This document shows, one piece after another, positions 1-10,371 of a DNA stretch of 64,000 bases (position 1 is its first letter; each line of letters opens with the position of its first letter). Made by a program: the position numbers and the translations under genes. The stretch comes from a virus (taxonomy: Duplodnaviria; Caudoviricetes): IMG/VR virus record IMGVR_UViG_3300032040_000005, positions 9,936-73,935 of that record; one strand, written 5' to 3'. Below the pieces are notes generated by a model, which saw only the letters and a program-made list of their open reading frames with translations, made no database searches and was not told where the DNA came from.

Positions 1-1801
1 CCAACTGTGCTTTGAGTGCAGTAATGGACTCAGGAGATGTTTCTTTTATCCGTGTATTCAGTTCCGTGATCTCACTGTCCAGACGCTCATCCAGACGATC
101 CAATGCTTTACGACTGTTCTCCTGGATCTCCGGTGTGTCTGTTTTACCAGCAGCAGACACAATCAGAGCCTCGCCCACTTTACCCAGGTCACCTTTGAAC
201 TCTGGGTCCAGTAACGTATCGATGTCGCCGCTGGTGACCAGTTCTTCTACAGCATCGCGGGCTTCTTTTGTGCTGGACGCTTCTACACGTGCATCCTGTG
301 CACGTTTCGCTCGACGGGCAACAGGGTCACCCCGCAATTCACCGGCGATAGCCAACGACTTACCAATGCCGCCACCAATCATGGAGGCTTCAAAGATATT
401 GGCACCGTCTACATCGGTACGCAGATCCGAGTACGTTTCTTCTACGGCTGTTTGAAACCCTTCTGTTGCGCCTTCGCCAACCGTCTTACCGGCAACCTTG
501 CCTGTTTTCTTAACCAAGCCACGTGCCAGCCTAGACGCGATGCCTTTCTTAACGACATCCACAGCCGTATCCGCTGCTGTGCTGCTACCAACGAACCCAC
601 GCAGGAACGAAGCGTCCATCATGTGTTCGGCAGCAGCCGCCGTCATGCTGATAGCAAAGACTTTCTGACCGTCTGCTTTACTGAACACAGCACCGTCATT
701 CTCATCTCGATACCGTTGCAATGCTTCACGGTAAATGTCTACACCGTAACCAATGTTGCTTGCTGCCATTAACGGCCTAGCAACCGCACCCAGGGCCAGG
801 TCTACAGAGGACTCACTCAGGTACTCAGCCAAAGCCGCAGGGTTATTCCATACATCGCCAGCACCTTCAAACGTGAGCTTAGCGATGCCTTCAGCACCTT
901 TAAGAAGGGCCGTTGTCATATCCCCTGCTTCATAAGCTTTATCCGCTTCATCAAACACAGCCGAGTGCTTGGCAAAGGTTGCTTCAAAATCAGCACTCAT
1001 GGCTTGCTTGTTTAACGGGTTAACCAAACCATCAATGAACTCGTTCTCATTAAAGAACTCATCAAAGTCACCGGCCTTGTCAAAATTACTCAAGGCATCC
1101 CGCATCAGTGCACGGTTAGAGTTGCCGGTACGGCTACGCGCTGCCGTGGACAATTGAGTACCGTCAGCATCCAGCTTGGCATTCTGTTCATCGTTCAGAG
1201 GAACCAGGGAAGACTCTGCTTTATCAAACGCGGCCATACGCTCAGTCAGGTCATCTTCATTAAGCTCACCACGCAGGTTATCCGCTAACGCACTGGTACG
1301 GGCTTTCTGGATCGACGCCTTTTGCATGTTGTAACGCATGTCATTGGCGTAGAGTTCCCGTGCCTCGTCATCGACACGGTTCATCTTGTTCTGGCCTGAT
1401 AGCGTCAGGGGCATACCCACGAAGTTGCCAGCAGCTCGTGCACCACTAACAGCGACACCGCCTGTCAATTGCTTGGCTTGGCCACTAAACGATCCCAGCT
1501 CAGCATCTGTCGCCCACGACTTCTCTTCGCGTACTTCCTGCTCAGCGAGGTAATCATTAGCAGACTCCTGGCGTTTACCCAGGGAACGGTTATTAGATTC
1601 AAGCAAGTCACGGGCGGTGATACGCTCACCCGCTGCTATTTTTTCACTAGGGGATTTATACAATTGCTCCGCTGTTTGTCGTACACCGTTACCACCCATT
1701 AAGGCACGTTTGGCTTCTGCTCTCTCAGCAACTTTACGTTGCTTCTGCTCTGCCAGGTCTGGTGCTTCAAACCCGTTCAACATGCTTGGTCGGTTAGGCA
1801 T
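1..1801 (-). CDS. Virion-encapsidated RNA polymerase (N4 gp50-like), N-terminal ~600 aa; runs off the window
   Basis: Missing from the ORF track because it has no stop in the window. Hand translation from ATG 1801 (MPNRPSMLNGFEAPDL...) is open to base 2, has no Cys and contains EGATEGFQTAVEE. It lies directly downstream of the gp51-gp59-like block, as vRNAP does in N4. Confidence 0.8.
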   Translation of the reverse strand, partial: MPNRPSMLNGFEAPDLAEQKQRKVAERAEAKRALMGGNGVRQTAEQLYKSPSEKIAAGERITARDLLESNNRSLGKRQESANDYLAEQEVREEKSWATDAELGSFSGQAKQLTGGVAVSGARAAGNFVGMPLTLSGQNKMNRVDDEARELYANDMRYNMQKASIQKARTSALADNLRGELNEDDLTERMAAFDKAESSLVPLNDEQNAKLDADGTQLSTAARSRTGNSNRALMRDALSNFDKAGDFDEFFNENEFIDGLVNPLNKQAMSADFEATFAKHSAVFDEADKAYEAGDMTTALLKGAEGIAKLTFEGAGDVWNNPAALAEYLSESSVDLALGAVARPLMAASNIGYGVDIYREALQRYRDENDGAVFSKADGQKVFAISMTAAAAEHMMDASFLRGFVGSSTAADTAVDVVKKGIASRLARGLVKKTGKVAGKTVGEGATEGFQTAVEETYSDLRTDVDGANIFEASMIGGGIGKSLAIAGELRGDPVARRAKRAQDARVEASSTKEARDAVEELVTSGDIDTLLDPEFKGDLGKVGEALIVSAAGKTDTPEIQENSRKALDRLDERLDSEITELNTRIKETSPESITALKAQL

Positions 1802-1804
1802 AAC

Positions 1805-3325
1805 TTAGTTTTTCCCTTTACGTAATTGCTCATTTAATTTCTTTTGATTATCACGTGCATCAATAACAGTTTGGCGGCGTAGCTTATTCAGTTCGTTCTT
1901 CCTAACTGTATTACCCTTCTGAGCAGTAAACAATTGCAGTTGTCTTGCTTCAGCATTCAACCAGTTTAAATACTCTCGCTGATAACCGCGCTTGAGGGCC
2001 GTAACATCTAAGTCTTTATCTTCATCACTGAACCATTCATTAGTAACACTTGAGTTAACGGCACGTTGTCCTATAAGTCCCCAAGGCACTTCTAAACCAT
2101 TAACAGATGGATTATTTTCATTAAGCTTACTTAAATCGTCAGTAAATGCAACTGAACCGTTATCTGCTTCAAGCACATTAGAACGGCCCGTCCTACGAGG
2201 CGCACTCGCTTTAACAGAGCCATCTACCAATCCAGAAATAAACTCTTTAGCGTCACCCATCTTTTCAGCAATGTTTACATCGTCTGTCATATCAACAGCT
2301 TGTTTAATAGCATCGCTTTCTGTAGTACGATTTTCATCCGTCCAAGCCATGTACTCAGGTGTTTGTATGGCTCGTTCTACTTCTGCCATATCCGCATCTA
2401 ACTTAGCTACTTCAACTTGGTATGTTTCATCTGCTTGTACCTGTACATTCTCTACTACTGCCTCTTGTCCTGGTAGTAAACCAAAGCGACTTGCATATCC
2501 AGGGGCAGCATTAGCCGTTAGGTCACGTCGTTGTGTTGGTGATAGCAATGCACCACGAGGATCAGTGCCTAAGAAATTTGTTGTTCCTGCGCGAGCTTCA
2601 GATGCTGAACCCCATTCTGATCCCATTTCATCTAAGTCTGCTGTTAGACTTTCATAAGCGTTTTCACGCGTTATCTTTTTGTTCCGTTCTGTGAGCATGA
2701 ACTTTCTGTCGGCACGTTCATTAGCCAACCTTTCTTGTTTATTTGCGTAGCTTTCATCAGCGCGTCTGTCACCCTTAGAGGCAGACAGTCTTGTTTCCAA
2801 ATTGCTCAGCAATCTACTCTTCTCAGAGTCACTGGCAGCGGAGTCATTAATAGCCTTTTCTTCAGTCGTTCTTATACCGGCTAAGACTTTTTTAGACTGC
2901 CCCAGGTCTATGTCAGCGATCCTGCGACTGAGGGGATCAGAGATGCGTTTGTCTTCACGACCAGTCATCATCTGGTCGTAGTTATAATCATCCGTTTCAC
3001 GTCCCTGTAGACCAGATACCCGATCACGTATGGCATCCACACCCACCTTGTCCTGGTCGATCATCGAACCATATTGGTCACGTTGTTGAGCCAGGTCACC
3101 CGATTGCTGTGCTGCGGCAAGTTCTTCAGAGGTGCCATACTTCTGTAGTTGTCCCAAGAAGTCCTGCGTATTACGGTCTGTGCGTCCTTTCTCCCAATCG
3201 TCCTTCGTGGCTTGTACAGTGTCCAATGCACCCGTAAAGGATTCCTGGGCCTGTCCCATCATGTCAGCAGCCCCGCTAAAGTCTGGGGCTGCTACGTTGC
3301 GCCATGTAATCGGAGATCTGGCCAT
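1805..3325 (-). CDS. Internal virion/ejection protein (N4 gp51-like)
   Basis: 506 aa, Cys-free, helical. The N-terminus PITWRNV is typical of this position; synteny with N4. Confidence 0.65.
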   Translation of the reverse strand: MARSPITWRNVAAPDFSGAADMMGQAQESFTGALDTVQATKDDWEKGRTDRNTQDFLGQLQKYGTSEELAAAQQSGDLAQQRDQYGSMIDQDKVGVDAIRDRVSGLQGRETDDYNYDQMMTGREDKRISDPLSRRIADIDLGQSKKVLAGIRTTEEKAINDSAASDSEKSRLLSNLETRLSASKGDRRADESYANKQERLANERADRKFMLTERNKKITRENAYESLTADLDEMGSEWGSASEARAGTTNFLGTDPRGALLSPTQRRDLTANAAPGYASRFGLLPGQEAVVENVQVQADETYQVEVAKLDADMAEVERAIQTPEYMAWTDENRTTESDAIKQAVDMTDDVNIAEKMGDAKEFISGLVDGSVKASAPRRTGRSNVLEADNGSVAFTDDLSKLNENNPSVNGLEVPWGLIGQRAVNSSVTNEWFSDEDKDLDVTALKRGYQREYLNWLNAEARQLQLFTAQKGNTVRKNELNKLRRQTVIDARDNQKKLNEQLRKGKN

Positions 3326-3326
3326 A

Positions 3327-3839
3327 TTACTTAATCCCGTTTTGCTTCATGTAGGCATTAGCCTTTTGATGCTGCCCTGGTTGTGAGGCGTTACGATTCA
3401 ACTGACGGTCACGCATCTCAGCATTGGTGGTTCGCTTCTGTGCGTTATAGTTTTTATTGAACGACTCTTTCTGGAAGTTCAATTGATCCTTCGCAGCACC
3501 CAGTTGTTTAAAACCAAAGTACGCACCCATGCCAGCTTGTACGCCGCCCAATGCAAGGTTGCCCCAACCATCTGCACCAAACATACTTGTATCTGCGGAG
3601 TCACTATTAAAATTACCTGCATCAAGTCCATCAGAGAATGAATTAATACCGTTTCCATTTGGAGACTGAGGCGCATAACCGAAGTTGGGATCAAGCCCAC
3701 CCATAGCATCGTTGGGTTGATTATCAAACCCGCCCATTGCCCACTGGTTATTCATTTTTGGTGCCGACATCCCAGACTTAAAGTTAAGCGGCGAGTTAAA
3801 ACCAAACTTATTCGTACTATACATATAGCGTATCCCCAA
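3327..3839 (-). CDS. Internal virion/ejection protein (N4 gp52-like)
   Basis: 170 aa, Cys-free, Gly-rich hydrophobic segment followed by a KKQLNFQKESFNKNY-type tail; synteny. Confidence 0.65.
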   Translation of the reverse strand: MGIRYMYSTNKFGFNSPLNFKSGMSAPKMNNQWAMGGFDNQPNDAMGGLDPNFGYAPQSPNGNGINSFSDGLDAGNFNSDSADTSMFGADGWGNLALGGVQAGMGAYFGFKQLGAAKDQLNFQKESFNKNYNAQKRTTNAEMRDRQLNRNASQPGQHQKANAYMKQNGIK

Positions 3840-6114
3840 CCGAGTCGTTAAACGTCGGTAGTTGTGTGTTTATATCAACATACGATTCTATATAATCATA
3901 CTGCACTATGCCTATATTTCCTGAGTGTACCGTTCTGTTGTAAAGAGCATCGGGTGTTTCTCCTGCAATATTCATTGGCTCCTGTCTTATAAATGATCTT
4001 GGGTCCAGCAACGGGTATTGATTTAACAGGTCGTTTACTTCCTCCAACTCTTTGAACTTCTCTTCTGCCAGTAGATTGAACTCTTGAGACTCTGCTTTGT
4101 AATCCATTAAAACGTCATGAGCGGCGGATGCTTCTGCGGCTTGTAAGTTGGATGCTACAAACATCGCCTTACTCCAATCACCCCCTGTCGCCATTTGGTA
4201 AACAGCCACTACTACAGCCACTATAGACGCGATGAACGTGCCCTCTAATCCGAGTTCTTTGATAACAACTTCAAATCCTTTCTGTAGCACCATTCCAATG
4301 AGGTAACTGGTAATTAGGTTTGTGGCTACGATGAGTGCAACAGTCCCTATGGCAGCAGCGGTTGCAGCAGCCCCTGTTGCAACCGCCACATCCGCCATGG
4401 CCAGTGACAATGGTGTACCCGCGCCTGCAGTAAAAACCATAATCGCTATGGCTACAATCGCGATAACAACAGTCAGTACACCCGTCTGATACCACTTCGT
4501 CCGTGTAACTGTTTTGGCATTAAATACAAAGTGCAGCGAACGGTAGTACAACTCTTCTTTCATATCGAAACGCATGGTCTGACAGATTTCGTAATCCAGT
4601 GGAATCAATATCTTGCCACTACTGATTTCACCAAGGACGACCTTACCTTCTGCCACGGCATGTACCATCTTCAAGCCATCCACTACGTATTCGTAATACA
4701 ATCCAGGTGTTACTTGGAACTGGTACGCCAGAACAGATGCTTCGTAATAAACAACAACAGTCTCGTAAGTGTCAGGGTCTTCAAAGGTTTCACCAGGTAT
4801 CCTACGAGTGACTGTATTTGACTTCGTGATTGATCGGTCCACTTGTTTGTATGTACCAACTTCACCGATGCTTCCTACGGTGTTGTTACGGTACATTCGT
4901 GAGTAACTTAACGTAGCACTGAAATCAGAATCCTGGATCACCAACGCACGGCCTTCACTCACAGCGTCCTGGCCAAAGTTGTTGCTTGCGTTACCAAAGA
5001 CAGAGTGCGGGCTTTCTCTGTAGAGCCAGTCGAAGAACTTGTACAGGTATTCAGCTTCCGCAGGGTTGTCTGTTTGAGGCGGCACACCCATCATCATCAC
5101 AGCCTGCTCTATCTTGTCGGCCTCTGGGTTTTCATTAATCGCATCACCCATAGTCTGATAATCCATGTTGATGTCGTTCATCAACTGAACCGATGTTTTG
5201 TACGCTTCTGTGCCCCACTGACTTTCCGCCGTCATGTTCTTGCTTCCAGACCGGAAGAAGAAGATGGGGAAAAACGAACCCGATCCCACAGGGGTTGCGG
5301 TGTAAACGAGATCCAGTAACGGGTACTCGCGTGAGCCGTCTTTATAGGTGAAGTACCCTCGCTTATAGACACCGCCCTCAACGTACTGGTACTTCATTTG
5401 GAAGTAGTCGGTCCCGTCATCCAGGCCGTCAAAATCCATGAAGAGTTCTGTCTCCGTACCGTTCGCATCCACCAGGTACACCGTGGCACCGTCATTGATG
5501 TTTTCACCGATGAGCCAGTTGGGTTCAGGGCTACCCTGCCGATTCGGCATGTATCTGTCGTGTGGGTGCCTGCCCCATACAGCCAGCGTAGAGGCATCCG
5601 GTATCTGCTCTTCTTCCGGCGTGCCTTCCGCACTCAGACTCGTCGTATCCACATGCCCGACGATGTTCTTTACCCATGTGGTGGCTCCTGTGGACTCCGA
5701 CAGCGCCGTTACCTGATTACTGAACTCAATGTACCCATAGTCTTCTGTCAGTATCTGCCAGGCTCTGTGGATGTTGTTCAGGGGACCGTAGTGGAAGTAA
5801 TCCACAGTGATGGGCAAACCTAACTGACTTTCGACCGTGTTACGCACAGCCGTCAGACCGTCATACTCAGATTTCATATTATGGTTCGGAGTGCCATAGT
5901 AATAATCACCCCGCTTCGCTTTTGCGTAGATGTTATTTACTTTGACAATGTGACTGCTCAGCATTTTGTTCACGATGGACTCAGGCACCGGAACATTCTC
6001 AAAGATGGAATCCACAAGGGCTTTCTGTTTTAGGCTGACGATGTTTTTGTCCTCAAACACCCTTACGATTTCCGTACTCACATGCACTTTTCGTTTGCTG
6101 CTGAACCATCCCAT
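3817..6114 (-). CDS. Structural protein (N4 gp53-like)
   Basis: 765 aa with a long C-terminal hydrophobic region; synteny. Confidence 0.65.
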   Translation of the reverse strand: MGWFSSKRKVHVSTEIVRVFEDKNIVSLKQKALVDSIFENVPVPESIVNKMLSSHIVKVNNIYAKAKRGDYYYGTPNHNMKSEYDGLTAVRNTVESQLGLPITVDYFHYGPLNNIHRAWQILTEDYGYIEFSNQVTALSESTGATTWVKNIVGHVDTTSLSAEGTPEEEQIPDASTLAVWGRHPHDRYMPNRQGSPEPNWLIGENINDGATVYLVDANGTETELFMDFDGLDDGTDYFQMKYQYVEGGVYKRGYFTYKDGSREYPLLDLVYTATPVGSGSFFPIFFFRSGSKNMTAESQWGTEAYKTSVQLMNDINMDYQTMGDAINENPEADKIEQAVMMMGVPPQTDNPAEAEYLYKFFDWLYRESPHSVFGNASNNFGQDAVSEGRALVIQDSDFSATLSYSRMYRNNTVGSIGEVGTYKQVDRSITKSNTVTRRIPGETFEDPDTYETVVVYYEASVLAYQFQVTPGLYYEYVVDGLKMVHAVAEGKVVLGEISSGKILIPLDYEICQTMRFDMKEELYYRSLHFVFNAKTVTRTKWYQTGVLTVVIAIVAIAIMVFTAGAGTPLSLAMADVAVATGAAATAAAIGTVALIVATNLITSYLIGMVLQKGFEVVIKELGLEGTFIASIVAVVVAVYQMATGGDWSKAMFVASNLQAAEASAAHDVLMDYKAESQEFNLLAEEKFKELEEVNDLLNQYPLLDPRSFIRQEPMNIAGETPDALYNRTVHSGNIGIVQYDYIESYVDINTQLPTFNDSVGDTLYV

Positions 6115-6131
6115 ACCCGTTCCTTCTTATG

Positions 6132-6154
6132 AAAAAAGGGGCCGAAGCCCCTTT
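6132..6154 (-). terminator. Rho-independent terminator
   Basis: On the - strand AAAGGGGC-TTCG-GCCCC followed by a T6 tract, downstream of the 6196..6942 gene. Confidence 0.75.
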
Positions 6155-6195
6155 AATGTTATACCTACTTATTTACATGCCTTGTCATCAAGTTC

Positions 6196-6942
6196 TTATT
6201 GAATCGGTATGGTGGCCCCGATACCTGTGAGCATCGCGTTAATCGCTGAACCAATGTGAGCATCTGTTAGTCCGGTTTCAAACGTATTCACAGTGCCTGA
6301 ACTGTCCATTGTTTTCCGCACGTTCCAGGAATCAGACATCAGCTTACCAACTTTGAGTTCTGAGTCTCGCAAGTAGCCCGCAGTCTGTGCGGTGTACAGG
6401 AGCTTCTGCTTACCGATGACACTGTTATCGGCAACACCGTCGCCGGTTACCTGGGCCGACTCTGTAACCTTCTTCTGGGCCAGCAGTGCAGTCTCAGCTA
6501 CGGTCTTCAGTTTCTGTTGCACGATCAGATCAAACTCAGCTTCCAGTTTGCACTTCTGTGCTGTCAGTACCGTTCCTTCGATAATGGCATTCGCAGTTTG
6601 CTCGTTGATCAAGGCTGTTTGCGCCTCAATCTGCTTACCTTGTTTAGTGGCGTTCCCCGTCTGCTCAGTAATAAGATTCTGGTTCAGGGTTTCCGTTGCA
6701 ACCTGCTTGGTCAGTAGCTGTGCTTCAAGATCCGTCCGTTGCTCTGCCAACAGGAATTGCAACGAGCGATCCATGACCGCTTGTAAGGCACCGAGGTAGA
6801 CCGTGGCATACTCACTACCTTTGATACGGCTCTTCTCATACTCTTTAACCAGATGGGTCTCCGTGGACCGCATGAGTTGATCGAAGACACCGTTACCACT
6901 TATTTCACCGGTGGTTAGGTCTGATACTGTAATTTCTGCCAT
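6196..6942 (-). CDS. Structural protein (N4 gp54-like)
   Basis: LTTGEISGNGVFDQLM N-terminus, coiled-coil middle region; synteny. Confidence 0.7.
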   Translation of the reverse strand: MAEITVSDLTTGEISGNGVFDQLMRSTETHLVKEYEKSRIKGSEYATVYLGALQAVMDRSLQFLLAEQRTDLEAQLLTKQVATETLNQNLITEQTGNATKQGKQIEAQTALINEQTANAIIEGTVLTAQKCKLEAEFDLIVQQKLKTVAETALLAQKKVTESAQVTGDGVADNSVIGKQKLLYTAQTAGYLRDSELKVGKLMSDSWNVRKTMDSSGTVNTFETGLTDAHIGSAINAMLTGIGATIPIQ

Positions 6943-6966
6943 GGTCTATCCCCATCCTTCCGTCAA

Positions 6967-7497
6967 TTAAGCTGTAGCAGTGCCTTTGGCCATGGCTTGT
7001 CGTTGAGCCAGATCAGCCAATTCTTGCTTGGTCAATGGCTCCAAGACTTCCACGCTGTACGCACGGATCAGTTTGCTCTCACGGATCTGACGGCCACGTT
7101 CGTCCTTCTTGCTGACAAACACCTGGGTCATCTTCCGTTTAATCATCTTCAAGACGATTTTGGGCACGTGCCATTCCACATCAAACGGCACACACTCTTT
7201 AAAGGTGCCAACCACACGGTTACCGGTGCAGAAGATTTCGCTTGTGTACTCTTTCTTACTGGGGTCCATGCAGGCAATGCGTACACGCACCAGCTCGGAA
7301 CACTCACGCTTCAGTTCCACGCGACTTGCTGTTACCGGCTTTTTTGCCGGTTCTTTGGAAACATCTGTCATTGCTTCGTCCACTTTGGATTGCAGATTTG
7401 CCAGGGTAATATCCTTGCGGTACTTCACTCCCATGACATCAGCCTTGTCCTTCAGTACATCCAGTTCACTCGGTAGTTCTTGCTCAAAATCTTCCAT
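6967..7497 (-). CDS. Conserved N4 gp55-like protein
   Basis: Lies downstream of the capsid gene. MEDF (7497) is the more likely start than 7515. Confidence 0.65.
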   Translation of the reverse strand: MEDFEQELPSELDVLKDKADVMGVKYRKDITLANLQSKVDEAMTDVSKEPAKKPVTASRVELKRECSELVRVRIACMDPSKKEYTSEIFCTGNRVVGTFKECVPFDVEWHVPKIVLKMIKRKMTQVFVSKKDERGRQIRESKLIRAYSVEVLEPLTKQELADLAQRQAMAKGTATA

Positions 7498-7560
7498 TAC
7501 ATTGACTCCAATCATTCAAGAGTTAGTTGGGTGAAGGGCGTTAACCCCTCACCCGTTACA

Positions 7561-8745
7561 TCACATCGGTGCAGAGGTCTTAGCTACTGCAATGCGTTCA
7601 CCGCGTTCCAGCAGGAAGCCGTAGTACCACTTGATGGACATGAAGCCAGTCTCGCCGTAAGGGTCGATGGCATAGGACTCAGAGGAACCAGGAGCAGCGT
7701 GCTTGATCTTGAACTTCACGGTCTTACCATCGGTCTGGAAACCAATAGTGGAGAAGGAAGCATCACCGACAACCAGCATGGGAAACACGTCGAAGTTGCC
7801 GCCTGTGGCAAAGTGAGTGGTGTTACCAGTATCAACAGCACCGGCACCTTCCCACTTCATCATCTCGGGTACGACAACGATGCGGAACTTACCAACCGTA
7901 CCTATCTCACCGTTCAACACAGTGCCACCAGCGGCGTACTTCTCAACGGAAGTGAACGCGGCGACACCGTGCAAATCGACCATGCCTTCAATCATGAGCT
8001 GAAGTTCTGAGCCAATGTACATAACGCGGCCACCAGGCAGAGTCTTGGTATCCACAAGACGGGTGCCTGTGATTACTTTGGTCTGCTTAGGGGTACGGTT
8101 GTTGTCCAGATCAATGGACAGACGCAACAGATCGGTGTAGTCAATTTCTGACGTACCATCAATCTCAATATCATCAGTGGCGGTACCACCGAACTTGATA
8201 ACACCAGGGGAGTTCAGCAGGTCGATTTGCAAAGCATCCTCTGTGACCTCGTTTGCACCACTCAACATTTCACGGTTGATGTGCATCTGAAGATCAGCGT
8301 CAGAATCAAAATCAACGGATTCCTGGCTGTACTCATCGAAGAAACCAAATTTCGCAATGGTGCCTTCGATCTCGACACGTTTGAAACCAACACGGTTAAC
8401 ACGGCCACCGGTTTCAGACAGCACAGGCATCTTGCCCGCAATGGTGCCTACGTCTTTGCTGGAACCATAAAGGTTACCATTAGCAATGACGGCACCAGAG
8501 GCATCAATACCCTGGTCGTTGATGTTGGCATCGTCCAGCATCGGCAAGTAGTGATACTTACGCATGGTTTTACCCATGTTCTTAGGCATGGACACGGTGT
8601 TTGCCAACTGGCCGAAGTATTGTTCTTTCCGCATCTCAATAAGAGCTTTCTTATTGTATGAATCAATACGGATCTGGGAACCAACGCCGGATTCTACTGC
8701 ACCATCACCTTTTACATTACCTGGATCGTTATAAGTACGTGACAT
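7561..8745 (-). CDS. Major capsid protein (N4 gp56-like)
   Basis: 394 aa with N4-type motifs MPKNMGKT, LSETGGRVNRVGF and DPYGETGFMSIKWYYG. Confidence 0.92.
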   Translation of the reverse strand: MSRTYNDPGNVKGDGAVESGVGSQIRIDSYNKKALIEMRKEQYFGQLANTVSMPKNMGKTMRKYHYLPMLDDANINDQGIDASGAVIANGNLYGSSKDVGTIAGKMPVLSETGGRVNRVGFKRVEIEGTIAKFGFFDEYSQESVDFDSDADLQMHINREMLSGANEVTEDALQIDLLNSPGVIKFGGTATDDIEIDGTSEIDYTDLLRLSIDLDNNRTPKQTKVITGTRLVDTKTLPGGRVMYIGSELQLMIEGMVDLHGVAAFTSVEKYAAGGTVLNGEIGTVGKFRIVVVPEMMKWEGAGAVDTGNTTHFATGGNFDVFPMLVVGDASFSTIGFQTDGKTVKFKIKHAAPGSSESYAIDPYGETGFMSIKWYYGFLLERGERIAVAKTSAPM

Positions 8746-8760
8746 AAGTTAAACCTTTTC

Positions 8761-9945
8761 TTACAGGAATTTATCATTAAACTCCGCCTCAAACTGTTCA
8801 TCTGACATACCCAAAGGGTCATAATCTTCTGAAGAATTTTTAGCAGGTTTGTTGCGTGTGGAGCTTGCAGCTCGCTTTTTATCTTTGAGTTTTGGATCAA
8901 CTTTGGCCTTACTCTTGGTAACCACTTTCGGGGCGGGTGCCTTTGAATCCTGTTTTACCAGGTCATTCAATTGGCCGCCCTCACTCATGGAATAACCAAC
9001 TTGGTGATAGGCTTCGATGTCCGACAACTCTCCTAAGCGACCAAACGTGCGTTGTTTCTCAACCTCGGCAATGACACGCGCATACACACCACTGGCCATG
9101 TGTGTGTTAATCGTTTCAAGCGCCGTTGGGTTATTAGCAACATGTTGTTTGCTGGCTTCGTCCCACTTATTGCTGACAACATCAATGGTTTCTGTATATG
9201 TAGGCGTGTCCTGGATTCTCTCCAGCACCTCATCCAGAACCATCTCACGATCATCCACAGTGTAAGTTTCGGGTTTGTATTCACTTTCACTTTCAGCATC
9301 AAAATCAAACGTATCAATGCCGGAGTCTTTAACCAGTTTCTGAATCGCGCCTTTATCACCTTTGTGTAGGTCGATCAAGAAACTGAGTTTGTCATCCCCA
9401 AGAAGTCCGTTGTTCTCAAGGAGTTTCAAAGTCTTCATAGACGGTTTAAGTGCAGACATCTTCTTGTTGTAGTTGGCACCCATCTGCATAAGCTGACGGG
9501 CTTCGTCTACTGTCTGTACTTTCATCTCTTTACCATTAGCTTTGAACGGTGCTAACAGCTTTCCATATTCACTTTCAAAATCGACAGTCTCTGATTCTTT
9601 ATCCGCATCAGATTCCCCGGCCTCTTCTTCTGAGCCAGGATCTGAATCATCACCGGCATCGTCGTCTTCATCCTGGTCAGTGTCAGCCGCATCATCTTCT
9701 TCAGTTTCATCGGCATCATCAGAGTCTGTATTTGTTTCTTCTTCTACATCAACAGACTCGTCTGCCTCTGCCTCCGGCTCGGCAGTCTCATCTGTTGCAT
9801 AATCTTCTTGGGTGTCGGTATCAGAGTCTTCACCCACAAAGGCTTGTTCGTACTCGGCTGGATCGTATTCCGCAAAGGCTTCATCGGACATGGCCAGAGG
9901 GTCGCGTACTTCCGTCCGGTCATTGGTCGTGGTGGTTACACTCAT
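8761..9945 (-). CDS. N4 gp57-like protein (often annotated tape measure; probably scaffold)
   Basis: Very acidic N-terminal third, FKANGK motif, position between portal and capsid genes. Confidence 0.7.
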   Translation of the reverse strand: MSVTTTTNDRTEVRDPLAMSDEAFAEYDPAEYEQAFVGEDSDTDTQEDYATDETAEPEAEADESVDVEEETNTDSDDADETEEDDAADTDQDEDDDAGDDSDPGSEEEAGESDADKESETVDFESEYGKLLAPFKANGKEMKVQTVDEARQLMQMGANYNKKMSALKPSMKTLKLLENNGLLGDDKLSFLIDLHKGDKGAIQKLVKDSGIDTFDFDAESESEYKPETYTVDDREMVLDEVLERIQDTPTYTETIDVVSNKWDEASKQHVANNPTALETINTHMASGVYARVIAEVEKQRTFGRLGELSDIEAYHQVGYSMSEGGQLNDLVKQDSKAPAPKVVTKSKAKVDPKLKDKKRAASSTRNKPAKNSSEDYDPLGMSDEQFEAEFNDKFL

Positions 9946-10286
9946 GCGTCATCTCCATCACGGCGAATGGCATCAATGTCTGCTTCCGATTCAGCAATAG
10001 CTTCTTTAGCCATTTCCGCTTTACGACCAATCTCATTAAGAAACTGGGTAAACGAGCCAATAGCGTCAATGTCCCGCAAGATACGTTCTTGCACTTGTGG
10101 CGATTGTGTATTCCCATCTGCCTTTGCATGAACAAGACGAACGGCTTCAGCACTTAGATACTGATCAACGACCAGCTTTTTAAAGTCACGGTTCTTTTCA
10201 AGACGCCCGAGAGCTTTAGCCAAATCTACCATGTCGTTAAGTTCTTTAATGTTCAGCTCAAGTTCAACAATGTCGTTATGGCTCAT
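9942..10286 (-). CDS. N4 gp58-like protein
   Basis: 114 aa with a RLEKNRDFKKLV motif; synteny. Confidence 0.65.
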   Translation of the reverse strand: MSHNDIVELELNIKELNDMVDLAKALGRLEKNRDFKKLVVDQYLSAEAVRLVHAKADGNTQSPQVQERILRDIDAIGSFTQFLNEIGRKAEMAKEAIAESEADIDAIRRDGDDA

Positions 10287-10371
10287 AATAAATCCAGTTC
10301 CTTTAAATTAAGTACAGTAGTTATCAAGACACGAAGATAATGAATTAAAAAACAAAATATCCATTTATTTA

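Noticed and set aside
12-1808. Several + strand ORFs and the short - strand ORF 1469..1702
   Set aside because: Shadows of the long open - strand vRNAP frame.
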